A DNA stretch of 64,000 nucleotides, from NCBI GenBank assembly GCA_964016885.1, contig OZ024747.1:89032001-89096000 (forward strand), in the 5' to 3' direction. This document shows, piece after piece, positions 24,375 through 36,869 of this stretch. The notes below the pieces were generated by a model. It was given only the letters and a program-made list of their open reading frames with translations. It had not been told where the DNA came from and did not search any database. Every line of letters starts with the position of its first letter. The stretch's first letter is position 1. The DNA comes from Eledone cirrhosa. Lineage: Eukaryota. A program made the translations under genes and the position numbers.

Positions 24375-25145
24375 GGGCAGTGGATTGACAGTATCATTAG
24401 AGGGTCGGACGCCATGCTTTGCAGCATAGAGTTACGTCCCTTTACGGTCTGAGTTCAAATCCCGCTGAGATTAACTTTGCCTTTCATACTTACAGGGTCG
24501 ATAGAATAAAGTACCAGTAATGCACTGGGTTATTGCTGGCCTTGTGCCAAAAATAGAAACAATTATTAATATGTTTATTATTCTGGCTTCAAATCTCCCT
24601 GAGATAAACTTTGCCTTTCTGAGGTCAATAAAATAAAGTACCAGTCAAATACTGGAGTAGATATAATTTTCCTCTTCAAAATTACTAGCTTTATGCCTAA
24701 AATAGAAATAATATCAGTAGAGTGTCAGACAATTTGTGGCATAGAGTTACAGCTATTTAAGTCAAATACCGCCAAGGTTAGCTTTGCCTTTCATCCTTAT
24801 GGGCATCGATAAAATAAAGTACCAGTAATGCACTGGGGTCAGTTTAATTGACTTTCCCTTTCCCCAAAAATTGTTGGCCTTGTACCTAAATCAGAAACCA
24901 TAATTATTATGAATTTGATATCTTAGTAATTCCCCCAAATTAACAATAATAATAATAATAATTGTTTCTACTTTTGGTACAAAACCAGCAATTATCCCAG
25001 TGTATTACTGGTACTTTATTTTATCAACCCCTTAAGGATGAAAGGCAAAGTTAACCTCAGCGGGATTTGAACTCAGACCATAAAGGACCGTAACTCTTTG
25101 CTGCAAAGCATGGCGTCCGACCCTCTACCAATACTGCCAATCCAA
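24375..25145. mobile_element. Deu/Nin-like SINE cluster: three plus copies, then one minus copy (24960-25145)
   Basis: First copy flanked by direct repeat ATTATTAATATGTTTAT (TSD); last copy is inverted. Confidence 0.9.
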
Positions 25146-25179
25146 TGCTTTCTTTATTAACCACAAAGGTTTACACAAA

Positions 25180-25217
<38 letters not shown>

Positions 25218-25613
25218 AAAAAATAAATAAATAAATAACTATTATTCTCATCAGTTATTACTATTTACATTCATCTTTTCACTCTTCTGTGTGTTCAATT
25301 TTGTATTTTATTATTCCAGGTCAAGTGGCCTTGTTCCAATCTGAGAAAACATTTTTATTATTACTAACATAAACAAATGAACACACACACACAATATAGA
25401 CACACTCACACACAGTATACACACACACACACACACAATATAGACATACACACACACAGTATACACACACCTGCATAGTGTAGACATTCCAGATTGAGTA
25501 ATTCTCTAAATTTAGACATTCATATTAAATTTAGAAGCAGCTGTTGTTGCTGGTCAACCCTGATCAGGCAAACCTATGATAAAAAGCATTCCAGCAGTGA
25601 CCATCCTATCTTT

Positions 25614-25829
25614 TTAACCCTTTAGCATTTACATTACTCTATATTTACTATTGTATTTTTGTGGTAAAATAATTATCTCACATAATATTGAATCTATGAG
25701 ATTTTGATATTATTTATTTTGAGAACAATACCTTAACATCAGTATGAGCAGCCGTTTATGGCCGGTTTGAACAGAAAGAGGTGAGAGAATTCTGGCCGGA
25801 TATGGCTGGTTTAAATGCTAAAGGGCTAA
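25614..25829. mobile_element. MITE family 1 nested in a dispersed repeat
   Basis: TTAA-CCCTTTAGCATTTA ... TAAATGCTAAAGGG-CTAA. Confidence 0.85.
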
Positions 25830-26315
25830 ATATATCTTGGAGAACATTATCCAATGCCTCCTCTTCTCTATATAAAGATGGTAGTATGTGATATTACAGA
25901 GATTTAGCTACTATTTCTAACAGGTTGAGTAACCATGTAGAAGTTTCTTCATTGATTTGTATCTACAAGTGTATTGTTTAGAATTAGTGAAGTCACATGG
26001 CCTAGTGGTTTGGGTGGTAAATTCATGATCATAAGGTTATAGATTCTATTCCTCTTCTGGGCAGTGTGTTGTGTTCTTGAGCAAAATACTTTATTTCACA
26101 TTGCTCCTTCTCCCAGGAATTATGACCAACAGATAGTAATAGCAATAGAATGACCAATGGAAACATTATTTCCTTGATCCAATATGACAATCTGCTTCCT
26201 TTCTTTCTACTGACATTACATATCCATTAAAGCATGCTTGCATCATTTCTTTCTAACCTTCATAGGTCTTCTGCTGTCAAAATCCATGTCTCACTGCCAT
26301 ATAGTATTGCCATTT

Positions 26316-26531
26316 GAGGGCGGTGGATTGGCAGTATCGGTAGAGGGTCAGACGCTATGCTTTGCAGCATAGAGTTACGGCCCTTTATGATGTGAGTTCA
26401 AATCCTGCCGAGGTTAACTTTGTCTTTCATCCTTACGGGGTCGATAAAATAAAGGAGCAGTCACGCACTGGGGTTAATTTAATCGACTTTCTCCTCTCCC
26501 AAAATTGCTCGCTTTGTGCCTATATAAGAAA
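26316..26531 (+). mobile_element. Full-length Deu/Nin-like SINE with 19-bp TSD, inserted in an RTE remnant
   Basis: CCATATAGTATTGCCATTT at 26297-26315 and 26532-26550. Confidence 0.95.
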
Positions 26532-27206
26532 CCATATAGTATTGCCATTTACACACAGGCATCATACAGTCTACCCTTCTTTCTCAGAGAGACATCAAGA
26601 TGTCAGGTGATGCCCATAAGGATGCCTGGTTGTTTCAGCGCCTTAGCCTTGCCATCACCTGTGGCCATGCTGCAAGCATATTGGCTTGTCTCTAAGTGTT
26701 TAGTTAACCCTTATGATGTGATGTGTGGCCAATTGTTGCACTTGGTGGTGAATTGATGGTAGTATTTATTTTGCCCCCCCCCCCCCCCCGCTTTTTTTCT
26801 TTTTTTCTTCTCTCTTTTATGCATTTACATTTGTGTTTATCAATAACATTATATTTGTAATGTTTTTCTGAATGAATTGCGAACAATTTATAATGTTATT
26901 TACGCATTTGTAATGTTATTTATGTACATATTTAAAACATATTTGTAATGTTATTTATACAACATTGTTATCAGTAGAGTATCTGTATCTGCTTGTGATT
27001 GCATGGACACCTAAAACCCTCAGCTGAAGCATGATATATACTACCAAGTCATACTCGATTGTGAGTGATGGTTGTAGTAGTTTCTAACTTAGCATCTTAT
27101 CCATTTAACCTTTATTCATAGTTTTATATGAATTTTAATTTGACTGAATGATGCCATTTTCAGTTAAATCCCCATCTTAGATATCTTTGCGATGTGTATA
27201 ACCTTT

Positions 27207-27584
27207 TTAACCTTTTTTGTTACCATATTTCTCATGAAAGACATTGCTTATAATTTTAATAAAGAATTTTTAAAACAGTAAAAACTTTGGAGGAATTTAA
27301 TAATATTCACTTTACTATTAACCGTTTTGTTACCTTATTTCTCATGAAAGACACTGTCTATGATATTCAGATAATTTCGAAAATAATTTAAAAAAAATCA
27401 GATGGGATTTAATAATATAACTAACTTTCTCATTATTAAGCTGGTGTTTAGAAAAATCTTATGAAAAGGTTCTTAAAAGAATTATAATGGAAGTTTTAAA
27501 TTCAAACACGAATACTTTAAAACAAATGATTTTTCTTCATTGAACCAGGGATGGTTTCAGAAGTGTTGGTATTAAAAGTGTTAA
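27207..27584. mobile_element. MITE family 2 (TTAA-flanked), with internal duplication of the left end
   Basis: TTAACCTTTTTTGTTACCATATTTC ... GTTGGTATTAAAAGTGTTAA; related pieces at ~13960-14150, 15880-16110, 22502, 40485 and 62376. Confidence 0.7.
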
Positions 27585-28037
27585 AGCAGAAACCTAAGAT
27601 AAGAATTATTCACATGACCTCATAACTTAAAACATTCATATTTTACAGTCCATTAATCTATAGAGAGAGTGATTCACAATCGGGAGGTTGTGAATTTGAT
27701 TCCCAAGCCGAGAAATGCATTATGTCCTTTATTTCACATTGCTCCTTCTGCCGGGAGATGCAGCCAGTAGATATAGGACCAGTAGCAACTGGAAAGACCA
27801 ATGGTAACATTGTTTCTTTGGTCAAATCTAACGAGTTCCATTGCCTTCGACAAGCGAATGAGGTATGGGATTTTCTTGATTTCGATAAAAAAAAATTATA
27901 CATAATAAATAATTAAAACTTCCATTGCAGATTTGAAGTTGCTTTTAACTTTGGAAGACATAAATAATAAAAACACAACAACTTTGTTTTTTCTCTAACA
28001 TGGTGCAAATAATAATAATATAGTAATATTATTAATT

Positions 28038-28228
28038 TGGTGGATTGGCAGTATCGGTAGAGGGCCGGATGCCATGCTTTGACGCATAGAGTTACGGCCC
28101 TTGCCATTCTGAGTTCAAATCCTGCCAAGGTTAACTTTGCCTTTCATCCTTACCGGGTCGATAAAATAAAGTACCAGTAATACACTGGGTAATTGCTGGC
28201 CTTGTGCAAAATGTAGAAACAATTATTA
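28038..28228 (+). mobile_element. Deu/Nin-like SINE
   Basis: Complete head, core and tail. Confidence 0.9.
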
Positions 28229-28229
28229 A

Positions 28230-28561
28230 TTTGCAAGCAAACAGCCTCATAATACCATGTGTGTTTTCTAGATGACCACATCACTCTCTCAGCTACTGCT
28301 GGAAGAAAGGGATGATGTGGTCATCTAGAAAATACACATGGTGTTAATGAGGCTGTTTACTTGCAAACAAACCGAATATTAATAATATTATTATAATATT
28401 ATTAATATTCAGTTTGTTTGCAAGTAAACAGCCTCATTAACACCATGTGTATTTTCTAGATGACCACATCATTTATGTCTTAAATGTATTCGTGAGTGAA
28501 AAATAATAATATTATTATAATATTATTATTTTTCACTCACGAATACATTTAAGACATAAAT
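28230..28561. repeat. Compound palindrome: two adjacent hairpins plus a third diverged arm
   Basis: 28312-28472 has 80-bp arms with one mismatch and a 1-nt centre at 28392; 28471-28561 has perfect 45-bp arms with a centre at 28516; 28230-28283 is a third copy of the first arm. Confidence 0.95.
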
Positions 28562-28669
28562 AGTTTATAATCAAACTTAGTTTGGTAATCGTTTTATGTA
28601 CATCTTCTCATATAGAAGGAGGAATGATGGTGAAATATCTCTCATTAAAGACTTTGGCAGTATCTACTA

Positions 28670-29342
28670 ACAATCACTACAATCACCATGTTGATGAGGA
28701 TGATGATGACAACAATGATGACTACAACAACAATAAAAACTACCAACACCACCGCCACAATCACCCCCACCACCACCACAACAACCACCAGCACCATCAC
28801 CGCCACCATCACAATCATGACCACCACCACCACCACCACCACCACCATCACCTCCACCACCACCATCACCACAACCATCACAATCATGACCACCACCACC
28901 ACCACCACCACCACCACCTCCACCACCACCATCACCACAACCATCACAATCATGACCACCACCACCACCACCACCACCATCACCTCCAACATCACCACAA
29001 CCATCACAATCATGACCACCACCACCACCACCTCCACCACCACCATCTCATCTCCACCACCACCACCTCCACCAATACAAACACCACCATCCAACTTGGA
29101 CAGCTGATGCTCTTGAGAATGTATGAACAGTCAAACATCCCATAACTGTTACTACTACTACTGTTGTTGCTACTACTACTGCTACTGCTGCTGCCACCAC
29201 TGCCACCACCATCATCATCATCATGTATGAACAGTCAAACATCCCATAACTGTTACTACTACTACTGTTGTTGCTACTACTACTACTGCTACTGCTGCTG
29301 CCACCACTGCCACCACCATCACCACCATCATCATCATCATAG
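28670..29342. repeat. (CAC/CAT/CAA)n compound microsatellite with higher-order units and a ~105-bp direct duplication (29120 / 29225)
   Basis: Direct inspection; TGTATGAACAGTCAAACATCCCATAACTGTTACTAC occurs twice. Confidence 0.9.
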
Positions 29343-29709
29343 CAGTTATGAATTGTAACTTGGTTTTCACTTGGTTATGCTATTTCATATATGTACTTGT
29401 TTCTGTAATATAAGACAAAGCCAACATAGTCGATAGCCTGGGGAGAGATAGAGAGAGAGAGGGATATATAGAGAGAGGGGGGAAGAGAGATAGAGAGAGA
29501 TGGACATTAGTAGATGGTTGACCTAGCTTTCATTCGCTACATGAATCTGAAGGCTTCAGAGAAGTCTTAATATCCCAAGTGAAGGTTATATGGTAAACAT
29601 CAGGTTGACTTATGAAATTTGATAATATACTCACTCTAATGCAAATAGCTATAATAACAGTTCTTCTTGTATTCACAATCATATTCTTTCAATCATTAAA
29701 ACAAAATTC

Positions 29710-30595
29710 TGGACCATAGGTAAGGGTTGGCATGAATATCAAATTGAAGACAGTGAGTTTGGCTTTTAAACCAATCCCCATCCCCTGGTGACCAAATGCT
29801 GAAACTGGCACATTACTGCACCAGTTCCTGCAATTCTTGGACTTAATTCAGCCTCCTGCCTTCTATCACTCATGAATACAGCTCAGAGATACTTGGACTT
29901 CTCCACCTGCTTCAATGGAATTCCACTCACATGTACAGGCATCCTTGGGAGGACAAGTGTCTCAGTCTTTGCAGCACTGATTTTCATGTCTGCCATGCAG
30001 CACTTGGCAGCAAACCTATCAAGTAAATGTCAGCGATCACCTTTGATGAGTTAAGTAGTACTATGTGAACTAGAGTTTAGATACCACTTCCAACTCAGTT
30101 GCACATAACAATCCTGTCCATGAAGATTATAAACAGGAGAGGTGCCATTGTGTACTCTTGGCAGTGTTTGACACCGACTTTGAATGGTTTCAACATAGCA
30201 CCATTTATCTGAACACAAATACTAGTTCTTCTTTTTCTCCTTTTCTCATGCCCACTTACTCCTGTTAGGTTCATAGGGACAGAGTCCTCAAATATGCCTT
30301 CTAGAGGGTCTTATCAGTAAATGATCCAGCACATGGTATTCCTCTGGGTTTCTTGTTGGTGAGCTTTGCCCATAAAATCTGTCTGCATTCTTTCTTTAGA
30401 CATTCTAACCACATAGCTGTGTTCTCTCAATGTGGAGAAGTAGTGGCTCCACCTAGAGTGACTTACTGATATCTGAACTATGCACCCTATCAAGCAACGT
30501 TATTCCACTACACTTTGAAGAAACTCCATTTTGGTCACTTGTATTTACAATCTTATTGGTTCAGTCACTACCAAAAATTCATGACCATTCGTAAG
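29710..30595 (-). mobile_element. Two rearranged RTE LINE fragments (second family)
   Basis: Homologous to 12880-13370 and 5090-5500. Confidence 0.8.
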
Positions 30596-30604
30596 AGCAG
30601 TAAG

Positions 30605-30805
30605 GATTTCTAATTTAGGCACAAGTTCAGTAATTTGGGAGAAAGGGAAAGTCAATTATATCAACCCCAGTCCTTTACTGGTATTTTATTTTATCGACCC
30701 TGGAAGTATGAAAGGCAAAGCTGACCTCGGCAATATTTGAACTCACTATGTAAAGGGCTGTAACTAAATGCTACAAAGCATTACGTTCAACACTCAAATG
30801 ATTCT
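30605..30805 (-). mobile_element. Deu/Nin-like SINE
   Basis: Reverse-complement match to the SINE core and B-box. Confidence 0.8.
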
Positions 30806-31194
30806 TATAGGTAAGAGTTATGATAGTAGTTGATAACTATAAATGAAAGTTGAATAAAATTAGGTAAAATATTCCTGGAGACAGATGTGTTAGTGACCAG
30901 AGAGACCTACAAAGAATCAAACCATCGATGTTTTGTATGCCGGGTGAGTACATTTAGCCATTATGCGAAAGGGTCTCTAGTCACCAATTACCATATTTTC
31001 AGAAGATGTTTACACTTCTAATTTCACACTTAAATCGTAAACCTGAGGCACAGTGCACCTACAACCACATTATATAATGTGTCCTTCTTTTCTGTGATGG
31101 CACAGTGTGGTTTGAGGGGAATTTGTCTGCTATCTCTAGAAGATCAAGTGACTGCATAGAGGCCCTCATGTTAGCTCTATTGCATGATCTAGAA

Positions 31195-31532
31195 TAGTGA
31201 TTCCCCACATGGGGTACACGAACCACAGGGAGGCAATTTGAATATTTAAGAGGGCCAATTTGAAAATGATGTTAATGAGAACAAACTTCAGGTTTTACCT
31301 TATTACTTCTACACCAAGGCAACTTTGGTATACATTACTGTCAGAAACTCCTGTCTCACCTCCTCCAAACATGTTATTATGCATCTGGCACCACCTATAT
31401 GCCAAATTTATTTACACTTTGCAGTTGATCATCGCTGTTTTGGAAGGGGAGCATTTTCATATCAAAGTTGGGTATAACAATTTTTGAGATGTTGAGGTGG
31501 GGACATGGTGCAGAAAGGGTTGGGAACCACTG
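31195..31532. mobile_element. hAT-like non-autonomous DNA transposon
   Basis: Imperfect TIRs TAGTGATTCCCCA / TTGGGAACCACTG (CAGTGGTTCCCAA type); no clear 8-bp TSD. Confidence 0.5.
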
Positions 31533-32052
31533 AAAAATATCTAACTTAACTGATACTTACCAAATGCTAATTATGTATAAAATGATTTCTGAATACAAAA
31601 AAAAAAATGATAGTAAAAAGGTTTATGATTTAATATCCGTTTGGCAAATAATATCACCTTGTTGATTGTTCTGAATATAAAGTTAATAATAATAATAATA
31701 ACAATAATAATAATAATAATTCTACTATTGGAAATCAACTGACAACAACAACACCAAAAACCAAAGAGTTTGTTGGCTACTGACAAAATCTTAATATAGT
31801 TATTAATTAAATCATTAAACTTTTCAAATATAGAAATTATATTTAAACTCAAGTATTTTACATTTGAGCAATGCCTGCATCTTAATTCATTTCAGCTTGT
31901 CATCACATTTACAATCTAAATATACGTCAGTGAGGGAGTCTCTATGAGGTTGTTTTTACCTGCTAGAAATAGCAGTGAAATTTCCATAAATCACACTCAT
32001 CTGCCTTACAAAAACAAAAGCACATATTGAATAATGTAGTTCCTAATATATA

Positions 32053-32270
32053 TTAACTCTTTATATCCTGTAATGATTTAGTAAAAAATATTTTAAAACG
32101 AGTTTGTTAATTCATATGTTTATAATACCTTTACTAGTAGACAGAATATTGTGGACAGTTGCAGTAAACTAAAGTAAAGACTTTAATTTTTAATGTGATG
32201 CAGTTGTAGTCCTTTTGTACTTTCAACAATGCTTTACTTATACAGTTTCATATGGTACAGGATGTTGAGT
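32053..32270. mobile_element. MITE family 3 (TTAA-CTCTTAACATCCTGTA TIR)
   Basis: TTAACTCTTTATATCCTGTA ... TACAGGATGTTGAGT; relatives at 33073-33783 and 41283-41508. Confidence 0.75.
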
Positions 32271-32282
32271 GCTAAAACTGTA

Positions 32283-32598
32283 TGTAGTGGCACTCCATCG
32301 ATTATGACAATGAGTGTTCTTGTTGATACAATCAACGAAACAGTGTGAGATTAATGTGCTGAGCATTCCATAAACATGCATACCATTAATGTAGTTATCA
32401 GAGAGATTCAGCATGACACAGAATGTGACAAGGCTGGCCCTTCAAATTACTGGTACACTCATTTTTGCCAGCTGAGTTGACTGGAGCAATGAGAAATAAA
32501 GTGACTTGCTCAAGGACATAGTGCACCACCAGGAATCAAACTCACAACCTTACGATTGTGAGCTGAATATCCTAACCACAAAGCCACGCACCTTCACA
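32283..32598 (-). mobile_element. CORE/Meta-like tRNA SINE
   Basis: Reverse complement reads GAAGGTGCGTGGCTTTGTGGTTAGG ... GAGTTTGATTCC ... TGTCCTTGAGCAAGTCACTTTATTTC. Confidence 0.8.
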
Positions 32599-32860
32599 CA
32601 GAAACACTTTTTACAAGAGGTCTGCTTAATCATGGCTGACCCGGTGTTAACCAAAAACAACAATAAATAAAAGCAGTTATGATGCCAAGTATTACAAGCT
32701 TTCAGTTTCTTTTCCAAAATAGATTCAACGTCAAAAAAAGAAATAAAGTTTTAAATACCATGTTTCTATCTCAAACATCTGTCAGATTTTCAAATACAAA
32801 ATATATTTCTTTTCTATATATAGTTATTGATAGTAAAGATTTATAGCTAAATTATATTCT

Positions 32861-33076
32861 TTAACCCATTAATATTTAAACCAGCCATATCCAGCCAGAA
32901 TTCTCTCACCTCTTTCTAATCAAACTGGCTGTAACCAGCCAGTCATACTGATGTTAAGGTATTGTTCTCAATATAAATAACATCAAAATTTCATAGATTT
33001 GATATTATGTGAGGTAAAGCCTTTACCATGAAAATATAATAGCAAATATAGAGTAATGTAAATGCTAAAGGGTTAA
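32861..33076. mobile_element. MITE family 1, sharing its right TTAA with a family 3 MITE
   Basis: Junction GCTAAAGGG-TTAA-CTCTTAACATCCTGTAC. Confidence 0.85.
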
Positions 33077-33783
33077 CTCTTAACATCCTGTACTGATTTA
33101 ACAAAAAATGGATTTGCTAATTCGAATGTTTGTAGTATTATTACTATTTGACAGATTGTTGTGAACATTTTCAGAATTAAAGTAAAGACTTCAATTTATA
33201 ATGTGATATTATTTAGTACTTTTCAAGAATGTCTTACTAATGTGGTTTAATGAAGAATTAATAAATCTGTAGAACCTTATGATTAAAACAAACTTACAAG
33301 AAGTCCTAAATTCATGACTAAAGCAACATGGCTTCTATATTCCAGTAATGTGATAGGTTTATGTTTATTATTGGTCAGTTCCAGAGCCAGTCCCTGGGTA
33401 TTTAGGGCCCTAGAATAGAACTACAATAAAATAATTTTAACTTACAGTTTTGTGAAACCTACAGTTTTGTGAGATGTAAATCTTGGGTAATGAATGACTG
33501 AAAGAATATGATTGTGAATACAAGAGGCTAAAATGGGGTTCCTCCAAAGGGTAGCATTACTCCAAATGGGTCTTTGGAGTAATGCTACTCGATAGAGTGT
33601 GTAGCTTGTAGATCAGAGTGTCAGTCCAGGTAGAGCCGCTACTTCTCTGAATTAAGAGATCACAAATGTGTTTGTTAATTCAAATGTTTTATTTTTAATG
33701 TGATGCAGTTATAGTACTGTTTTGTAGTTTGTAAGAATGTCTTGCTGATGCAGTTTCTTGTGGTACAGGACGTTAAGAGTTAA
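33073..33783. mobile_element. MITE family 3 ends enclosing inserted or rearranged sequence
   Basis: Left TTAACTCTTAACATCCTGTAC and right GTACAGGACGTTAAGAGTTAA. Confidence 0.65.
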
Positions 33784-33997
33784 ACCATTAGGAAAAGCAA
33801 AAAAAAAAAAAGCCAACAGAATCTTGGCTGTTTTGGATTGTAAAAAGGTGATGTCTGTCATTAGCTTGGATTCTTGGATTGTTTCTAGTTGTAGAATTCA
33901 ATTTGAATCTGTTTTCTAAGTAATGTAAAATTTAAAAGCAATTTTGTTTCCAAAAATGTACATTCTTTCCTAGTAATCCAACTGCCCTTTGGAATAA

Positions 33998-34030
<33 letters not shown>

Positions 34031-34784
34031 CTGTATTTGCAATATCAAGAGAACTGTGTAATTGCTTCTTACATTTAGAATGGCTAAAAAACTTGATTAT
34101 GAGAGCTTGCCAACATCATAATTGTAAGTGAAATTTTTTTTTCGCACCTTCTTCTCTGTCTTCATTTATCTTACTCTTCATTGTAATAACACTTTTCCTC
34201 CTATAGAATATCTCCCTTACAACCAGTGCAATCCTTTGCACAAATATTTAGTACATTTCTCTAGAACTGTTTTGATCATATAACTGAGTTAATGAATACA
34301 AAATTGTTCAGCTGATTGAAACATGTTCTTATTTGATAGCAAAGAAAATCTAATATGGGATAGATTCAACAAGGAGGAAGAAACTGCCAAAAGGAAGACA
34401 TTGAACAAAAAACAAACAAAACAAGGAATTCAAGAAAGTCTTAAAGAAATAGCTTTCTTTTGCAGTAGATTATTTTGCACACATTTTTAATACACTGTTT
34501 TAACCTTTCTATGATTTTCCTAATGGATTTAGGTTTTTCCTGTTATGCTGTCTCAAAATCTCTAATTTCTTTCTTTTCATTTAATTTCCACTGCATTCTT
34601 TCTAGAGCTCTAACTCACTTGTTTATGTTTATTTATTATTTTTTATTTTTTGGCAGATTTTCTTTATTTCTTCTCTTTATATTTTATCTATTTTATCTTC
34701 TTCAGTTTTATCTTTTACACTTCTATCTTACTTCCCTTTTTCATCCACCTGCTCCTTTCACTCAATTATTTCTTTCTTATTTTA

Positions 34785-34821
34785 ATATATATGTGCTTAT
34801 GTGTGTGTACGTATATATATA

Positions 34822-34855
<34 letters not shown>

Positions 34856-34929
34856 ATGGTCTAACTGGTTTTTACCACTTCCAATCTGATATATGTATAT
34901 ATATATGTATATATATGTGTGTGTGTGTG

Positions 34930-34990
<61 letters not shown>

Positions 34991-35025
34991 ATTTATATAT
35001 ATATATTTATTTATTTATATTTATA

Positions 35026-35065
<40 letters not shown>
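34785..35065. repeat. (TA)n-rich microsatellite
   Basis: Direct inspection. Confidence 0.95.
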
Positions 35066-35068
<3 letters not shown>

Positions 35069-35726
35069 TTAAGAAAACCAAGGATAGTAGTTTAGTATTT
35101 ATTTATACATTGCTATGGACGTTTCAACACACCTAGAATATCTCATCTATTTGTGGAGAAAACTGGATATTACCAGAGATATTAACATCAGAGAGATTCA
35201 GGAACAACTGAAGCCAAGTGGATGAGGGTGTGCTTATATAGTAAATTATGTACGTACACAGTTTCATCATCGATGTATCTATGGTCAAATAAACCAGATA
35301 ATTTACATGTAAATTTATACAAATATGCACACATGCATACAATATATCGGTGTACAAGTTGAAGTGGTGGTAAACAAACCTGAAAGTAGTCAATAGATTG
35401 TGTAAGTGAGTCATTAGAAGATATGGGAATGGTGACATGTAGGGAAGTATATTTTGCAATTGGTCAGCCACTGCCTGTTGTGAGTTGTAGTTTACAAGGG
35501 GTGTGAGCCTGTTAAAATAGGTAGGTGAGAGGATGCATTTAAGAAGAGATGAAAGCTAGCGTAATATACAACATTTATGAGAAAAGAACAAAGGATGAGG
35601 AAAGATTATAGGGAGATATCCTAGTTGATGTCTATAATGTAGGCTTGTAGGCTGGTTGATGGCACCAAGTAAGATGAGGGGAGGGAGGTAAATTATTGAC
35701 AAAATCGTCCAACCCATGCTAGTGTG

Positions 35727-35818
35727 GAAGAAGAAGAAGAAGAAGAAGAAGAAGAAGAAGAAGAAGAAGAAGAAGAAGAAGAAGAAGAAGAAGAAGAAGA
35801 AGAAGAAGAAGAAGAAGA
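35727..35818. repeat. (GAA)n microsatellite tail on an RTE/SINE 3' end
   Basis: About 30 perfect GAA units following CCAACCCATGCTAGTGTGG. Confidence 0.95.
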
Positions 35819-35885
35819 TGCTGATTATATATATATAGGAAAAGAGTCAGGACCCCGACGACTGAACTAATTTCGACAACTAGAT

Positions 35886-35938
<53 letters not shown>

Positions 35939-35941
35939 TGT

Positions 35942-36859
35942 TACAAGGGCAATCCCAAAAGTAAGGTCTCCAAAGCGATGGGGACGCAGAGAAACTGTTC
36001 ATACGGCTGTTGGCAACACTGTTGTGATTGGTGCTTCCTTCACTCCCAAACAAGCATGCGCGCGCTTCACTGGGATGTTCAATCTTGGCTTGGCAGCTGT
36101 TGAGAATGGAGCTCTCGTTGAACGCTACCGCCAAGTGTGAAGTTCGTGCAGTTATTCGGTTTTTGAACGCAAAAGGCGTTCAACCATTTGAAATTCATCA
36201 CCAATTGATGGAAGTGGATGGACAGCGTGCATGGATGTCAAAAACGTTTGCAAGTGGTGTAGAGAGTTTACAGCCGGTCGTACTGAAATTCACGACGAAC
36301 AAAGGAGTGGGAGACCATCAATTTCCTACGAGACAGTCGCAATTTTTCCGTTAAATTCCTGTGGATGGTGCTTCGGGAAACCTCAGGAACCAAAATGCAG
36401 AAAGCATCCAGAGTGATCCGCCGATCTTTACGCATGTTTTCCTCAACCTTTGCGACTGTCTCGTCGAAAATTGACGGTCTCCCGTTCCTTTGTTTGTCGT
36501 GAATTTCAGTACTACCGGCTGTAAACTCTCTACACCAGTTGTGAACGTTTTTGACATCCATGCACGATTGTCCATACATTTCCATCAATTGGCGATGAAT
36601 TTCAATCGGTTCAACGCCTTTTGCGTTCAAAACTCGAATAACTGCACGAACTTCACACTTGGCGGTAGCGTTCAACGAGAGCTCCATTCTCAACGGCTGC
36701 CAAACCAAGATTGAGCATCCCAGCGAAGCGCGCGCATGCTTGTTTGGGAGTGAAGGAAGCACCAATCACAACAGTGTTGCCAACAGCCGTACAAACAGTT
36801 TCTCTGTACCCCCATCGCTTTGGGATTGCCCCAAACTTACTTTTGGGATTGCCCTCGTA
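35942..36859. mobile_element. Palindromic (fold-back) mariner derivative: two 5' halves in inverted orientation
   Basis: TA-flanked TIRs (TA)CRAGGGCAATCCCAAAAGTAAG; both arms encode the mariner N-terminal HTH region (KCEVRAVIRFLNAKGV..EIHRQL..WCREFTAG..DEQRSGRPS); no DD34D catalytic domain. Confidence 0.95.
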
Positions 36860-36869
36860 TAAAACTAAG

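Noticed and set aside
28582-29358. Poly-His/Thr/Val ORFs (possible metal-binding or mucin-like protein)
   Set aside because: Open in several frames on both strands because of trinucleotide microsatellite; no splice or start context.
36268-36765. Intact transposase gene
   Set aside because: Only the N-terminal HTH region is present; the ORF runs into the antisense of the other arm and lacks the DD34D domain.
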